From positions 1-34,249 of the IMG/VR virus record IMGVR_UViG_3300012954_000004: a DNA stretch of 34,249 nucleotides, one strand, 5' to 3'. Position 1 is the stretch's first letter; each line of letters opens with the position of its first letter. Shown here one piece after another: positions 1 through 7,396 of the stretch. Made by a program: the position numbers and the translations under genes. The stretch is from a virus. The notes beneath the pieces were generated by a model. The model saw only the letters and a list, made by a program, of their open reading frames with translations. It was not told the origin of the DNA and searched no databases.

Positions 1-84
1 GAAGCTATGTTTTTGTCAATAAGTCAAAAAGCAGTAGCAGGTACTACTGGAGATTTAATTGCTATCACTATTGAAGCAGATTAA
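1..84 (+). CDS. Partial CDS: duplicated last 27 codons of the major tail (tube) protein gene 33167..34210
   Basis: Same frame and residues (EAMFLSISQKAVAGTTGDLIAITIEAD-stop, TAA 82-84) as 34127..34210. It exists only because of the terminal duplication. Confidence 0.85.
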   Translation, partial: EAMFLSISQKAVAGTTGDLIAITIEAD

Positions 85-123
85 ACAAATAAAGGATAAA
101 CAATGTCTAAAAAAATAACACTC
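1..123. repeat. Terminal direct repeat, copy 1 (identical to 34127..34249). Marks circular closure or terminal redundancy of the phage genome.
   Basis: Read directly: gaagctatgtttttgtcaat...aaaaaataacactc occurs base-for-base at both ends. Gene order runs seamlessly through the junction (end of tail tube gene, then start of chaperone gene). Confidence 0.95.
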
Positions 124-366
124 AAGAGTGGTGTAAAAGCTACGCTTGTAGAAATGTCTGTAGACGACTTTGATAAATGTATGGATTCTGTACAGTTTGA
201 AGAAGTAGACGGACAATCAGTAATTAAAAATCAATTTGCATTAAGTACGCTATGGATTAGAAACGGAGTAAAAGGTGCAGATGATAAGTTTATTAAATCT
301 TTGTCAATTAACGACAGAGTAGAATTACAACTAGCTATTCAGGAATATAATAGCTTGGGGGAATAG
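103..366 (+). CDS. Tail assembly chaperone (gpG-like)
   Basis: 87-aa ORF with an AAGGA SD upstream. It lies between the tail tube gene and the tape measure gene and ends in a G5 run just before its TAG. Assignment is positional. Confidence 0.6.
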   Translation: MSKKITLKSGVKATLVEMSVDDFDKCMDSVQFEEVDGQSVIKNQFALSTLWIRNGVKGADDKFIKSLSINDRVELQLAIQEYNSLGE

Positions 367-806
367 AATCCCTCTCACTTGAGTTAAATATATTGATAGA
401 TGATTGGTGTGAGGGTTGCAAATATTCTACCTTTCCATATAAAGCTAAGTTACCTCTTAAAAAGAATAACAGCATTCACACCTTTACATCTATGGACGAT
501 GTTTGGTATGTCATAGGATTGTTAAAACAAGAATTAAAAGAGCATAACGAAATATCAGAAAGAAAGTTCGAATTACATCAAACCATTAAGTCGCATTTAC
601 CATTTTTTGCTTGTCCTAATCATTTTATAAGCAAAGAATATCAACGAGATATACAACGATACACTTATTGTAAAAAGATGAAAGTACCTCCTTATGAAGG
701 ATCATACGGAAATCAACCAAAAAAGTGGATTGATAAGTGCAATGTTATAGAAAAAATGTTAAATTATATTCAATCAGAGCAATATAATAAAAAGAAAAAT
801 GGCTAA
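354..806 (+). CDS. -1 frame extension of the tail assembly chaperone (gpT-like part of a G-T fusion). The ORF track shows it as 393..806.
   Basis: The frame -1 relative to 103..366 is open from 354 (after TAG 351-353). The track start at 393 is TTG with no SD, and there is no SD-preceded in-frame ATG. Its end overlaps the tape measure ATG by 8 nt. This is the classic G/GT layout. Confidence 0.5.
   Translation, partial: LGGIESLSLELNILIDDWCEGCKYSTFPYKAKLPLKKNNSIHTFTSMDDVWYVIGLLKQELKEHNEISERKFELHQTIKSHLPFFACPNHFISKEYQRDIQRYTYCKKMKVPPYEGSYGNQPKKWIDKCNVIEKMLNYIQSEQYNKKKNG
357..363 (+). promoter_or_regulatory. Candidate -1 ribosomal slippery run GGGGGAA at the end of the chaperone ORF
   Basis: Zero-frame codons are TTG GGG GAA TAG. 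A P-site Gly tRNA can re-pair GGG(358-360) to GGG(357-359). The -1 frame is open only from 354, so the overlap window is 13 nt and contains this run. Confidence 0.4.
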
Positions 807-3060
807 AAATTACGAAATACAATTAAAATTTACTACTGGTGGATCAGCTCAGGCATTACTCCAAAAGCTAGATGACTTAGCACAAGCACAACAAAAATTA
901 GCAAGAGTACAAAGAACATTAAACACACAAAGCAAAGCTGCTCACAAAACACACATTCAGCTTATACAATCTCAAGAAAAACATAGACTTTCTGTTGTAA
1001 AAGCACAAAAAGCTATAGGTAAATTAAGTCTACAAAAACAGAAACTCCGTATGGAGAATAAGGCGTTAGCTGAAAGATTAAAAAGAAGTTCAGCAGCAAC
1101 AAAAAGATTTAGAATTGAAACTGCTGGATTGCAAAGAACAGTTGGTGCAATTAGAAACCAAATACTCTTATTTACATTTGCATTCGGTGGAATTATAGCA
1201 GGATTCAGAAATGCTATTCAAACATCTATGCAGTTTGAAGCAGTTAAAGTAAGACTTAATTCTATGTTTGGCTCTGTAGAAAGAGGAACAAAAGCATTTA
1301 ACACATTTAATAAGGTAGCAGCAACCACTCCATTTACATTAAGTGATGTTGTAGAGGCAGGAGCTGCATTAAAAGCATTTGGTACAAACGCAGAAGAAAT
1401 GATTAAACCTACTGCTGACTTAGCAGCGTTTATGGGCGTAAGTGCAACAGAGGCAGCACAAGCACTTGGTAGAGCATTTGCAGGTGGTGCAGGTGCAGCT
1501 GACATTCTTAGAGAAAGAGGTATTTTACAATTAATTCGTGACTTTAAAGGAATAGATGACTTATCCAAAGTTAGCTTGCCAGATTTTAGAAAAGCATTAG
1601 AAGAAACATTGCTTGATCCAGCAGCAGGTATTGCAGGTGCTACAGACAGACTTGCAAAAACAATGACTGGACTGGTTTCTAATATGTCAGACGCATTTAC
1701 AAGAATGAGTGCTGCTCTTGGAGATTTGATAAATATGCGAGGAGTTGTAAGCACTTTAACAAACGCATTCTCTGGATTAGCTAAAATGTTTCAAGAGATG
1801 GGAGAAACAACATTAGAAACTTCTATTCGAGAGCTTGGGGAGTTGGGAGATGCTGCTGTAGAACTAAGACTTGAAATGTTAAGAATGAGAATGCAGTCAA
1901 TAGAGCTTGACGCTATTGAAAAAAAGACAACATTGGATAGTAATAAGATTAGAGAAGCAATAATTGCAAGTGATTCTATTAGATTAGATATGACTAAAGA
2001 TTTAGCAAAACTTCAATTAGATATTTTGAAAAATCACGGAGGAGAAGAAAAGATTTTAAAAAGAATTGAAGCTATAAATGGAAGTCTTTCTATTGGATCG
2101 CAAAAACGAAGTGATTTGGCAACAAAAAAACTTCAAGATGAAAAAGATGAGTTAGAATCTTTACTAACTAATGTAAGAATTTTAGGCAAGATAATATCTG
2201 ACGAAAAATTAAGAAAAGCTGCATTGGAAGAAAATTTGAATTTAGCAACATTGTATGAACAAATTCAAAGGCAAATACTTGGTTTGTCGTCTGCTATTAC
2301 AAAAGAAGCAGAAAAATTAGCAGAAGCATTAAAATTATCTGACGAGGACGCTAAAACATTATTAGAAGGAGAAAAACTACGATTAGAAACGAGAGAACAG
2401 CTATTTAATAATCACTTCAATAAAGTGTTAGGTATTGCACAAAAAAGCATAGATCAACAAAAACAAGCAGAGCTTTCTGCATTGAGAGATACTGACAAGT
2501 TTAGAAGAGCAAGTGCAGAAGAACGACAAGATATGGAAAAAGATGCTCTTAAGAATTTACAAAGTCAGCAAAATACAATCTTTAAAATCAATCAAGCTAA
2601 TGAAATAGTTAAAGTAATCTTAAGTTCTATGGCTACTGCAAGTAAACTAAAAGATATGGCTGATGAATTGAAGGGTGTAGCTACAGCAGCTTTTGCAGTT
2701 GGTAATAAAGTTGGAGGTACGAGAGCAGCAGCAGGAGCAGCAGCATTGAGAGTTCAGCGTGGACTAGTTATTGCATCTGGTGCAGCACAAGCAGGATTAT
2801 TAGCAGGACAACAACCTCCACAATTTGCTCGTGGTGGCTCTTTTATAACAGATGGACAGCAAACTATCACAGTAGGAGATAACGCTGGTGGTAGAGAACG
2901 AGTAGATATTACACCATTGTCTACTCCAGACTTTGGAGATGCTAGTGGTGGTAGTTCTATTAATGTGAATATAATGGGTAATGTAATTGGCACACAAGAA
3001 TTTGTCAGAGATAATTTACTTCCTGAAATAGAAAATACTATTAAAAGAAATCTAGCATAA
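799..3060 (+). CDS. Tail tape measure protein
   Basis: 753 aa, the longest helical/coiled-coil ORF, directly after the chaperone pair. It has Ala/Gln/Lys/Glu-rich heptad-like stretches, Gly/Ala-rich hydrophobic segments and a C-terminal GGRERVDITPL-type region. Confidence 0.9.
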   Translation: MAKNYEIQLKFTTGGSAQALLQKLDDLAQAQQKLARVQRTLNTQSKAAHKTHIQLIQSQEKHRLSVVKAQKAIGKLSLQKQKLRMENKALAERLKRSSAATKRFRIETAGLQRTVGAIRNQILLFTFAFGGIIAGFRNAIQTSMQFEAVKVRLNSMFGSVERGTKAFNTFNKVAATTPFTLSDVVEAGAALKAFGTNAEEMIKPTADLAAFMGVSATEAAQALGRAFAGGAGAADILRERGILQLIRDFKGIDDLSKVSLPDFRKALEETLLDPAAGIAGATDRLAKTMTGLVSNMSDAFTRMSAALGDLINMRGVVSTLTNAFSGLAKMFQEMGETTLETSIRELGELGDAAVELRLEMLRMRMQSIELDAIEKKTTLDSNKIREAIIASDSIRLDMTKDLAKLQLDILKNHGGEEKILKRIEAINGSLSIGSQKRSDLATKKLQDEKDELESLLTNVRILGKIISDEKLRKAALEENLNLATLYEQIQRQILGLSSAITKEAEKLAEALKLSDEDAKTLLEGEKLRLETREQLFNNHFNKVLGIAQKSIDQQKQAELSALRDTDKFRRASAEERQDMEKDALKNLQSQQNTIFKINQANEIVKVILSSMATASKLKDMADELKGVATAAFAVGNKVGGTRAAAGAAALRVQRGLVIASGAAQAGLLAGQQPPQFARGGSFITDGQQTITVGDNAGGRERVDITPLSTPDFGDASGGSSINVNIMGNVIGTQEFVRDNLLPEIENTIKRNLA

Positions 3061-5336
3061 TGGCTTTATCTGGAAATACTAATTATAATAATGTTCTGAA
3101 TAGTTTTTCTACAACTACTGGACTTACAGAAGAGTATTTGTTTGAATTTAGAAATCAAAATTATCCCAATCCAAACGATCCACAACCTGCAGACACTTCT
3201 AATTTTATTATAAGACTAGCTACGGCTGACATACCACACGGTAGTATTAGCGATATGAAATATCACGGATTTATTACCAATATTCCTTCAATTAGAGAGT
3301 CAATAGATTTAGAAAAATCAACAGCGTCTGTTAGCAATGTTACTATAAGCTGTGCAAATGGAACATTATCAAATCACAGCAAAACCTTAGCAGAAGAAAT
3401 ATACTCTAGCTCTGGTAGTAGAAATTATATAAATCATCAAGTAATTATATATTCAAGAATAAATACAAAGACTAATCAGATTTTTAATGGCAGATTGAAA
3501 GAAGTTAAACTAAAAAATTCTGACACCGTTGATTTGGTTATAGCAGTTCAAGATCCGATTGAAAACATTTCTATTCCAGAGTATCAATCTAAATCAGGTA
3601 ATTATTACCCTATATTGTACGGAGAGGCGACTCCAGAAACATCAACAGTTAATGTGCCTGATTTTGTAACAGATGCTCGAGTATTTCCAGTACAAGTAGA
3701 CACTTTAAATAACGATGTATTTAATTGTTTATTTCATCAAGCAGAAACAAGCGATGCTAGATTGCATTTTCCTATAAGGGATACATTTAATTCTACTGGA
3801 TACCCTATGTTTGTTCCTCTGGACGATGTTTCTAGCAATTCAACCTACGATGACTACGAAGGTGCAACAAACGATACAGATAGAAATGTGATGAGAACTG
3901 ATTTAGATTTAGAAAGAAGTTATAAGATTCGTCCACAAACAGTTTCTAATCCTGGAAATGTGGCAGGTAGTGGCAATGGAACTGGATTGACAATAACAAA
4001 TGTTGGTAATGCTTATGATTCAGCAGGCACTTTTACAAATGCAACATTCACATTTCAATCTGATGCAAGTGAAAGTCTAAATGCTAATTACTTTATTACA
4101 GACTTACCAAAAGAAGTACACGAAATAACAGAGCTGAAATTTAGCTTTACTCATCAAGTAAGTGCATTTCAAGAAAGAGACGGCGATTTAGCTATCACTA
4201 TAAGAGTTCTTCCTTACTGGAATGAGGTAAGCAGCTCAGAACAAGTGCAATATACTAATGTTCAAGCAAACACTACGACAGAATTTAACTTATTAAGCAC
4301 AAGCTTATTTCCCTCTAGCTTGAAAACAATGCCTGACCAAATACAAGTATTCATTAGTTTTAGTAATAATCCATTAGATCCAGGTGGTGGTACAGCAGAT
4401 GATTTTAATACTGCTACCTTGTTAATGAAAGATATGTTTTTAGAGGTTACTGCAAAAATAACACAGCCATCTGCTTCAGACGCAACTGCAGAAAAGTTGT
4501 CAAAAAATAGTGCAGTAACTAGCGTTAAAGAATTATATACTGGTGCAGATGGGTTTGACAAATCTTTTTCATCAGGAACTGTATCATTAATTCACGATAT
4601 GCACAGAGATTTGCTATATAGATTTGCAGGGGTTACTGACACTCCAGACGGATATAGTGATTTAAATTCTGCAAGAGCAAATTGGTTTTGTTATTATTAT
4701 ACAAGCAAACAAGAAGAGTTGAAAAAATTGTTAGAAAAATGTCAAGAAGAAGGTGGTTTTATTTTTAGATTTCGCCCTTCAAACGCTACGCCACAATATA
4801 TACATATACCAAACACTCCTAATGTAGTACACACAATAGGAAAAAATGATATTACTGATTTAAATATATCTTTGACTCCTTTTGAATCTTTAGTAACAAA
4901 AAGAATTGTAAAGTTTGACACTAATCCAATTACAGATAAACCTATTCAAGAAATAACTTGTACAGACACAACCAACAATCCTAGATCGACATACAATATT
5001 AGCAGCAAAGAAAATATTAAAACTCACGAGCTGAAAATATTAAGAAACAAAGCAGGAGATTCTAATATGGGTGGAAATAAAAATAATGGTTTTGCCAATT
5101 ATTATAATGCAATAGAAGGAAACCCTAAATTAATTATAGACACCGAGATTATAAATCCTGGAAGTAGTGGTGGAAGTTCATATTTTTATTTAATGGAAGT
5201 TGGAGATATATGTGCATTTGATCATACTGATATGATTGTAGAGCCATTTGGACAATCCTTCAATGGAAAGAAGTTTATATTGACTTCATTGACTAGAAAG
5301 CCAGGAAGTTTAAAAGTATCTTTGAGAGAAATATAA
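3060..5336 (+). CDS. Tail tip / distal tail-hub protein (large, function by position)
   Basis: 758 aa. Its ATG overlaps the TMP stop (TAATG). Composition is Ser/Thr/Asn-rich. It sits in the slot after the tape measure where Dit/Tal or gpJ-like proteins are encoded. I can name no motif with certainty. Confidence 0.5.
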   Translation: MALSGNTNYNNVLNSFSTTTGLTEEYLFEFRNQNYPNPNDPQPADTSNFIIRLATADIPHGSISDMKYHGFITNIPSIRESIDLEKSTASVSNVTISCANGTLSNHSKTLAEEIYSSSGSRNYINHQVIIYSRINTKTNQIFNGRLKEVKLKNSDTVDLVIAVQDPIENISIPEYQSKSGNYYPILYGEATPETSTVNVPDFVTDARVFPVQVDTLNNDVFNCLFHQAETSDARLHFPIRDTFNSTGYPMFVPLDDVSSNSTYDDYEGATNDTDRNVMRTDLDLERSYKIRPQTVSNPGNVAGSGNGTGLTITNVGNAYDSAGTFTNATFTFQSDASESLNANYFITDLPKEVHEITELKFSFTHQVSAFQERDGDLAITIRVLPYWNEVSSSEQVQYTNVQANTTTEFNLLSTSLFPSSLKTMPDQIQVFISFSNNPLDPGGGTADDFNTATLLMKDMFLEVTAKITQPSASDATAEKLSKNSAVTSVKELYTGADGFDKSFSSGTVSLIHDMHRDLLYRFAGVTDTPDGYSDLNSARANWFCYYYTSKQEELKKLLEKCQEEGGFIFRFRPSNATPQYIHIPNTPNVVHTIGKNDITDLNISLTPFESLVTKRIVKFDTNPITDKPIQEITCTDTTNNPRSTYNISSKENIKTHELKILRNKAGDSNMGGNKNNGFANYYNAIEGNPKLIIDTEIINPGSSGGSSYFYLMEVGDICAFDHTDMIVEPFGQSFNGKKFILTSLTRKPGSLKVSLREI

Positions 5337-5354
5337 AAAGGATTAAATTTTATT

Positions 5355-5753
5355 ATGCCAATATCATCAGTAAAATTCGGAGAAGATACAAATGGAACTA
5401 ATACTGGGAATTATACACCTAGTCAAAATCCTAATATTGGAACAGAGGTTTCCAAAAAATATGATGGTATTGTAGTAAAAAAATCCGTAGGTGGAGAAAC
5501 TTACACTTTTGCTAATCACGAATCATCAAGAAGGCAAAGAAGATTGATCTACGAAAATATAAGCGAAGCAAATAAAAACTTGTTGGTTGCTTTGTTTGAT
5601 TTTGCTAAAGGACAAAAGAACTCTTTTCACTATACAGAAACTGGAAATTTTTCAGATAGCTTTGAAGTTCGCTTTGTAAATAACAAATTACCAGTTACGG
5701 AAACAGCTTATAATGTGTATCGTGTTGAAATCAACATTGAAGAGCAATTATAA
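5355..5753 (+). CDS. Small tail-tip associated protein (hypothetical)
   Basis: 132 aa, the last gene of the rightward block, with AAGGA upstream. The structural call is positional only. Confidence 0.35.
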   Translation: MPISSVKFGEDTNGTNTGNYTPSQNPNIGTEVSKKYDGIVVKKSVGGETYTFANHESSRRQRRLIYENISEANKNLLVALFDFAKGQKNSFHYTETGNFSDSFEVRFVNNKLPVTETAYNVYRVEINIEEQL

Positions 5754-5857
5754 GAAATTTTTCTTCTTAAAACACCCCTACAAAGCCATAAAAACACTCT
5801 TAATAGCATATCATAAGCGAGATAGAACAAAGTGGTATGAACACCTAAAATAATGCG

Positions 5858-6358
5858 TTATTTGTTAATTTCGCTTCTTAAGTCTGAAAATGTGCCTGGA
5901 TCAACACCCCAACCTACTATCATACTAGGAAATGGTGCAGAATTAGGTAATTTGCCTTCATTGTTATAAAAAGTTACTCTTCCTTTTATAAAAATTATTT
6001 CAGCAGATTTATAGATATAGTTATGAAACCATTTTGTATCCGTTCTAGCAGGTAGTAAAGCTACCGTGACATTGCCTTCTTCAAAATATTGATCGTAAGC
6101 TCGTTTGATAAATTTTTCCATACCTCTACTGTATGGTGGATTCATATAATTAATACAATACCATTCGTTTGTTAAGCAGCTAAATTCTTTTGTAAAATAA
6201 TTATCGCAAAGAGCATTATCGTCATCGGCACAAACATCGCACTCAAAATCAAAATAAGAGTTTATTGTTTCGTATAATTCGTACGGAGTGTGCCAGTCAT
6301 CTTTTTCAGATCTAAAAGCGACATCTTGGTAAAACCTACCTTCTGCTTTTTTCGTCAT
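5858..6358 (-). CDS. DNA N6-adenine methyltransferase, phage Dam family
   Basis: DDWHTPYELYE (W.TP motif), FDFECDVCA, catalytic NPPY in YMNPPYSRG, LLPARTDTKWFH, GRVTF, and PFPSMIVGW at the C-terminus. GGAGG SD lies 8 nt upstream. Confidence 0.9.
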   Translation of the reverse strand: MTKKAEGRFYQDVAFRSEKDDWHTPYELYETINSYFDFECDVCADDDNALCDNYFTKEFSCLTNEWYCINYMNPPYSRGMEKFIKRAYDQYFEEGNVTVALLPARTDTKWFHNYIYKSAEIIFIKGRVTFYNNEGKLPNSAPFPSMIVGWGVDPGTFSDLRSEINK

Positions 6359-6497
6359 CTTTATCCTCCAATTTACGCAATATAAGATTTTCTCTTATCT
6401 TATTATTTTTTCTTGCTCTTTCCATTATGTTATTATTCTCTTCCCTTAAAGTTAATAATAATTCTTTATATTTTTTTTCTATTTTTTTGTCTATCAT
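6336..6497 (-). CDS. Possible 53-aa charged coiled-coil protein (not in ORF track)
   Basis: Hand translation gives MIDKKIEKKYKELLLTLREENNNIMERARKNNKIRENLILRKLEDKDDEKSRR-stop. It overlaps the methyltransferase start by 23 nt and has no clear SD. Confidence 0.25.
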   Translation of the reverse strand: MIDKKIEKKYKELLLTLREENNNIMERARKNNKIRENLILRKLEDKDDEKSRR

Positions 6498-6606
6498 AAT
6501 TTAATGGGGTAGCCGTAGCCAACCAGGTATTTGCACAAACTTTATTAACAAGAGAGTAAGCTCCTATATTTTATTGTTTATATGTATACCAAACTACCCC
6601 AATTAG

Positions 6607-6816
6607 TTAAAATGGTAATTCTTCGTCTTTTGATTTAGGAATAGAAAAAGCTAACCCAAAATATTTTTTACCAGTTTTACTTTCGTTAATCCAAGCAGAC
6701 ACATTATAAACTGTTCCGTTTACATTTGCTTGTCCAGTATAGTCTGGGTGTGTATCTTTTTCTTTCTTTTCGTTTGTAAATATTGATCCTTTATTTTCTT
6801 TGTGTTCGTAAGCCAT
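6607..6816 (-). CDS. Mini ssDNA-binding-like protein with SSB-type acidic C-terminal tip
   Basis: 69 aa from ATG 6816 (GGAG sits 9 nt upstream; the track start at 6831 is TTG). Sequence is MAYEHKENKGSIFTNEKKEKDTHPDYTGQANVNGTVYNVSAWINESKTGKKYFGLAFSIPKSKDEELPF. The terminal DEELPF resembles the bacterial SSB tip DDDIPF. The PDYxG...G..Y..SAW....G..Y..L pattern resembles DUF736-type small beta proteins (from memory). Confidence 0.45.
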   Translation of the reverse strand: MAYEHKENKGSIFTNEKKEKDTHPDYTGQANVNGTVYNVSAWINESKTGKKYFGLAFSIPKSKDEELPF

Positions 6817-7109
6817 TATTTTAATCTCCAAGTGTATGTTTTTCTTCCTGCTGATCCTAATACCTTTTTATCTGTTTTTACAAGTCTGTCACTATTTGTT
6901 AAATCAGTAATTGCTCTGCGTATAGATGTTAATGGTGTTTGTTCATTAATCGATTCATTGTCAATTAAAAAAGCCCACACCTCATTTGCAGACAGATTTT
7001 CATTAGGATAAGTCTGAAAAACTGCTAATGTTAATTGCTCCTGATTGTTTGCTTGTTTCAAGTTTGTTCTAAGCAAACTTCCATTGTAGTTTGTTGTATT
7101 GTAGTACAT
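6816..7109 (-). CDS. Winged-helix DNA-binding protein (MarR-like wing)
   Basis: Start moved to ATG 7109, which is preceded by AAGGAAGGA (the track start 7190 has no SD). Motifs: LSANEVWAFL...TPLTSIRRAITDLTNSDRLVKTDKKVLGSAGRKTYTWRL. Its stop overlaps the next ATG (TAATG). Confidence 0.55.
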   Translation of the reverse strand: MYYNTTNYNGSLLRTNLKQANNQEQLTLAVFQTYPNENLSANEVWAFLIDNESINEQTPLTSIRRAITDLTNSDRLVKTDKKVLGSAGRKTYTWRLK

Positions 7110-7195
7110 ATTTCCTTCCTTGTTTTTATATTTAAGACAAAGCGATACTACTGCGTTATAAACGCATTGATGTAATTTTGCTATAATCATACTAT

Positions 7196-7396
7196 TTAAT
7201 CGTCACAATTTTCGCAATGTTTCCAAGTTGGATTAAGTCCAACATATTCTTGTTCCGTCACTTGTTTGGGATTGTCCATTGCTTTTTTTATGTCAAAAGC
7301 AACTTCTTTAATTGCAGGTGGCAATCTTTTAACCCAATGACTTTTAAAGATATACTTCAAGACTTGTGTTTCCTCTGGATTTAATTTCAACATCAT
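7196..7396 (-). CDS. Hypothetical protein (66 aa)
   Basis: ATGA overlap with the upstream gene. The C-terminal HCENC motif may bind metal. Confidence 0.5.
   Translation of the reverse strand: MMLKLNPEETQVLKYIFKSHWVKRLPPAIKEVAFDIKKAMDNPKQVTEQEYVGLNPTWKHCENCDD

Noticed and set aside
1-123. The terminal repeat as a prophage att site or mobile-element LTR
   Set aside because: It lies within and between structural genes whose order continues seamlessly across the junction. There is no integrase or host flanking sequence.
393-395. TTG at 393 as an independent start for the second chaperone ORF
   Set aside because: There is no SD upstream, and the frame is already open from 354, overlapping the G5 run. 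Frameshift expression explains it better.
1218-2997. Minus-strand ORFs 1218-1754, 2754-2993 and 2800-2997 inside the tape measure gene
   Set aside because: They are antisense shadows of an Ala/Gly/Lys-rich gene. They have no SD, low-complexity translations, and are fully embedded in a confidently called CDS.
5752-5765. Convergent terminator between the rightward and leftward blocks (aagaaa tt tttctt)
   Set aside because: The stem is all A/T and 6 bp long with a 2-nt loop, which is too weak to call. No GC-rich hairpin is present in 5754-5857.
6506-6600. tRNA-like ends (GGGGTAG ... CTACCCC-A) suggesting a tRNA gene
   Set aside because: The span is 95 nt. I could not build a D-arm or a T-arm (no GTTC-type loop, no complementary stems) on either strand.
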